64,000 nt of DNA, from contig NW_003314261.1 in assembly GCF_000143415.4 (NCBI RefSeq), positions 6,852,817-6,916,816 of the forward strand, given 5' to 3'. Positions within the stretch are counted from its first letter, which is position 1, and each line of letters starts with the position of its first letter. Below the pieces are notes generated by a model. It did not search any database. It was given only the letters and a program-made list of their open reading frames with translations, and had not been told where the DNA came from. The DNA comes from Selaginella moellendorffii (Eukaryota; Plantae; Lycopodiophyta). Made by a program: the position numbers and the translations under genes. Of the stretch, positions 62,271 through 64,000 are shown in pieces.

Positions 62271-62966
62271 CTAGGGCTTTTGGGCCAAGAACTGGAGAAT
62301 GCTATCCAGGCAAGGACCAGCAGAGGTGTCCACCACGATCGTCCTCACGCCGCCAGTCTCGTAATCGCATTGCCCCTCGTACCTCGCCACATTCTTCTGG
62401 TGCTCCTCCCACGTCCTCGGCTTGTGCCACCACACGCTTGCGCTCGCATCGAACACGCTCTGGACGCCATCGGCCCACGCCTCGCGGCTGGAATCCGTTG
62501 CGATCGAAATCTGTGGAGGTAGTGGATCTTCCAGCAGCGCGGATTTTGCCCGGTGCTCCAGCCTCGTCTTCCACAGATTCTCGTCGCGGCACACGCATTC
62601 CACGATGATCATCTCGACGCCATTGCGCCGCGCGATGGACTGGCACTGGTGGAAGAGCCAGGGCCAGGCGAGCGGGCACACGACGATCACTCCCAGCCCC
62701 AATCGCAGCTGTGTCTCGGCAATCCGGAACATAATATCGTAGGAGATGGCATTGAGCTGCTTGGCGAGCCTGTTCTTCCTGGCCGCGTCTTGCTCCTCGC
62801 CCTGGATCATCATCGACAGGCAGTCGCGGGCATCGTCTTTGTCGATCAGAGGCCAGTGGAGGAATTTCGCCATGGATTCCCCGAGCGTCGACTTGCCTGT
62901 GGCTGGATGCCCCTTCATCGCTACCAGGACGGGCTTCATCGCCGCGCTACCGCAAGAGGCCGCCAT
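62271..62966 (-). CDS. P-loop NTPase / kinase-like protein (AAA_33-type), intronless
   Basis: Walker A GHPATGKST after a hydrophobic strand; LIDKDD. Confidence 0.8.
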   Translation of the reverse strand: MAASCGSAAMKPVLVAMKGHPATGKSTLGESMAKFLHWPLIDKDDARDCLSMMIQGEEQDAARKNRLAKQLNAISYDIMFRIAETQLRLGLGVIVVCPLAWPWLFHQCQSIARRNGVEMIIVECVCRDENLWKTRLEHRAKSALLEDPLPPQISIATDSSREAWADGVQSVFDASASVWWHKPRTWEEHQKNVARYEGQCDYETGGVRTIVVDTSAGPCLDSILQFLAQKP

Positions 62967-63300
62967 GGATCAATTGGATAGGTAAGCTAGTTCTTAACAC
63001 TTAAAAAAAAATTTCTCCACCTATCTCCTTCTTTCTATGTCTGTTTGCTAGCTTCCTGTTTGGTTTCTCTTTGTGGAGAAAGCATCGTGACGTTTCTTTC
63101 TTTTGTTTCCAGGAAACTCGTGAATTTTTCCAGCGAGAAACCACAACTATGCTTTCTCGACAAGAGATTTTTACCACGGAGTCATGATCTTGTTAGCAAG
63201 CATCATGTAAGTAAGCATCACCTTGCTTCTTTTGTTCATAGTTTTGATAACAGGAGGAGAGCTGAAACAGAAGAACGGACTCTTTGGATCTGCCAACGTG

Positions 63301-64000
63301 ATGTTGAAACTTAGCGCAAACTTGCATCGTCAAGAGCCATTCAGAGCCTCTGGCCATGGGAAAGGCGAGCAGCCGCAGGAACAGAAGAAGCAGAGGATTC
63401 GTTGCTTGCTTGCGGCTATCAAGGAAAGTGGTCGCTCAAGAAATCTGGAAAGTGGAAGGAGGTGTCATTCGGCAGCTCTCGAGCATGGAGACGACTCCAA
63501 CGTTTACGTCGCAAGCAGCCTGGTGGACATGTATGGGAAGTGTGGCAGCATGGCAGATGCGCGCAAGATCTTCGACAGGATGCAGCGTCCAGATGTGGTT
63601 TCGTTGACGTCACTCGTTCTGGGATACGCAGAGAATGGGGAGGCCCAAGAAGCTCTCAGATTGTTCCAGCTGATGAAAGGTGGCTGTGAGCCGAATGCCA
63701 GAACTTTTGTGGCGGGTCTCAAGGCTTGCTCAAGCCTGGCAGCAAGAGAAGAAGCGAAGGTGAGGGGCAGTGAGATTGTAAAGGTGGTGTCGCTGGAGAG
63801 AGGCCGGGAAATACACTCACAAGCGTCAAAGTTTGGATTCGACACGGATGTCTTCGTCTGCAACACTCTCATTGATATGTACTCGAAGTGTGGAAGCATG
63901 GTAGATGCGAGAAACGTCTTCGACACGATGCAGCGTGATACAATCTCCTGGAACGTTTTGATGCTTGGCTACGTGGGAAGCAAGGATGGGGAGGCCGCTC
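63301..64000 (+). CDS. PLS-class pentatricopeptide repeat protein, 5' part (runs off window)
   Basis: Open frame from ATG 63301: SSLVDMYGKCGSMADARKIFDRM, NTLIDMYSKCGSMVDARNVFDTM, DTISWN. Confidence 0.9.
   Translation, partial: MLKLSANLHRQEPFRASGHGKGEQPQEQKKQRIRCLLAAIKESGRSRNLESGRRCHSAALEHGDDSNVYVASSLVDMYGKCGSMADARKIFDRMQRPDVVSLTSLVLGYAENGEAQEALRLFQLMKGGCEPNARTFVAGLKACSSLAAREEAKVRGSEIVKVVSLERGREIHSQASKFGFDTDVFVCNTLIDMYSKCGSMVDARNVFDTMQRDTISWNVLMLGYVGSKDGEAA

Overview
Gene-dense land-plant nuclear DNA with very short introns (about 50-100 nt), tiny intergenic gaps and PLS-class PPR genes. The style fits a compact lycophyte genome such as Selaginella, but that is an inference. Left arm (1-12 kb): PPR (partial), BAHD acyltransferase, prolyl-tRNA synthetase, an apparent two-snoRNA cluster, HHL1, a DUF3531 protein, a vacuolar processing enzyme and a patatin pPLAIII. 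Middle (14.5-33.3 kb): a nested transposon island. An old short-LTR Gypsy element hosts a young chromodomain Ty3/Gypsy element and two Cassandra-type (5S-rRNA-bearing) TRIMs, and a second decayed Gypsy follows it. Right arm: two HAK/KUP K+ transporters flank an approximately 7.8-8 kb tandem duplication (peroxidase, orphan membrane protein, F-box, deletion-riddled fragments), followed by NAC, NPH3/BTB, a P-loop NTPase and a PPR gene. Highlights: (1) the young chromovirus integrase is split by two, possibly three, short spliceosomal-type introns and followed by a dense hairpin array containing tRNA T-arm mimics; (2) an H/ACA RNA with the snR30/U17 m1/m2 signature, which looks co-transcribed with a box C/D RNA carrying bipartite complementarity to 25S domain I; (3) Cassandra TRIMs whose termini and primer site match the neighbouring chromovirus, making it a candidate mobiliser. 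All family calls are from motif recognition, not database searches.
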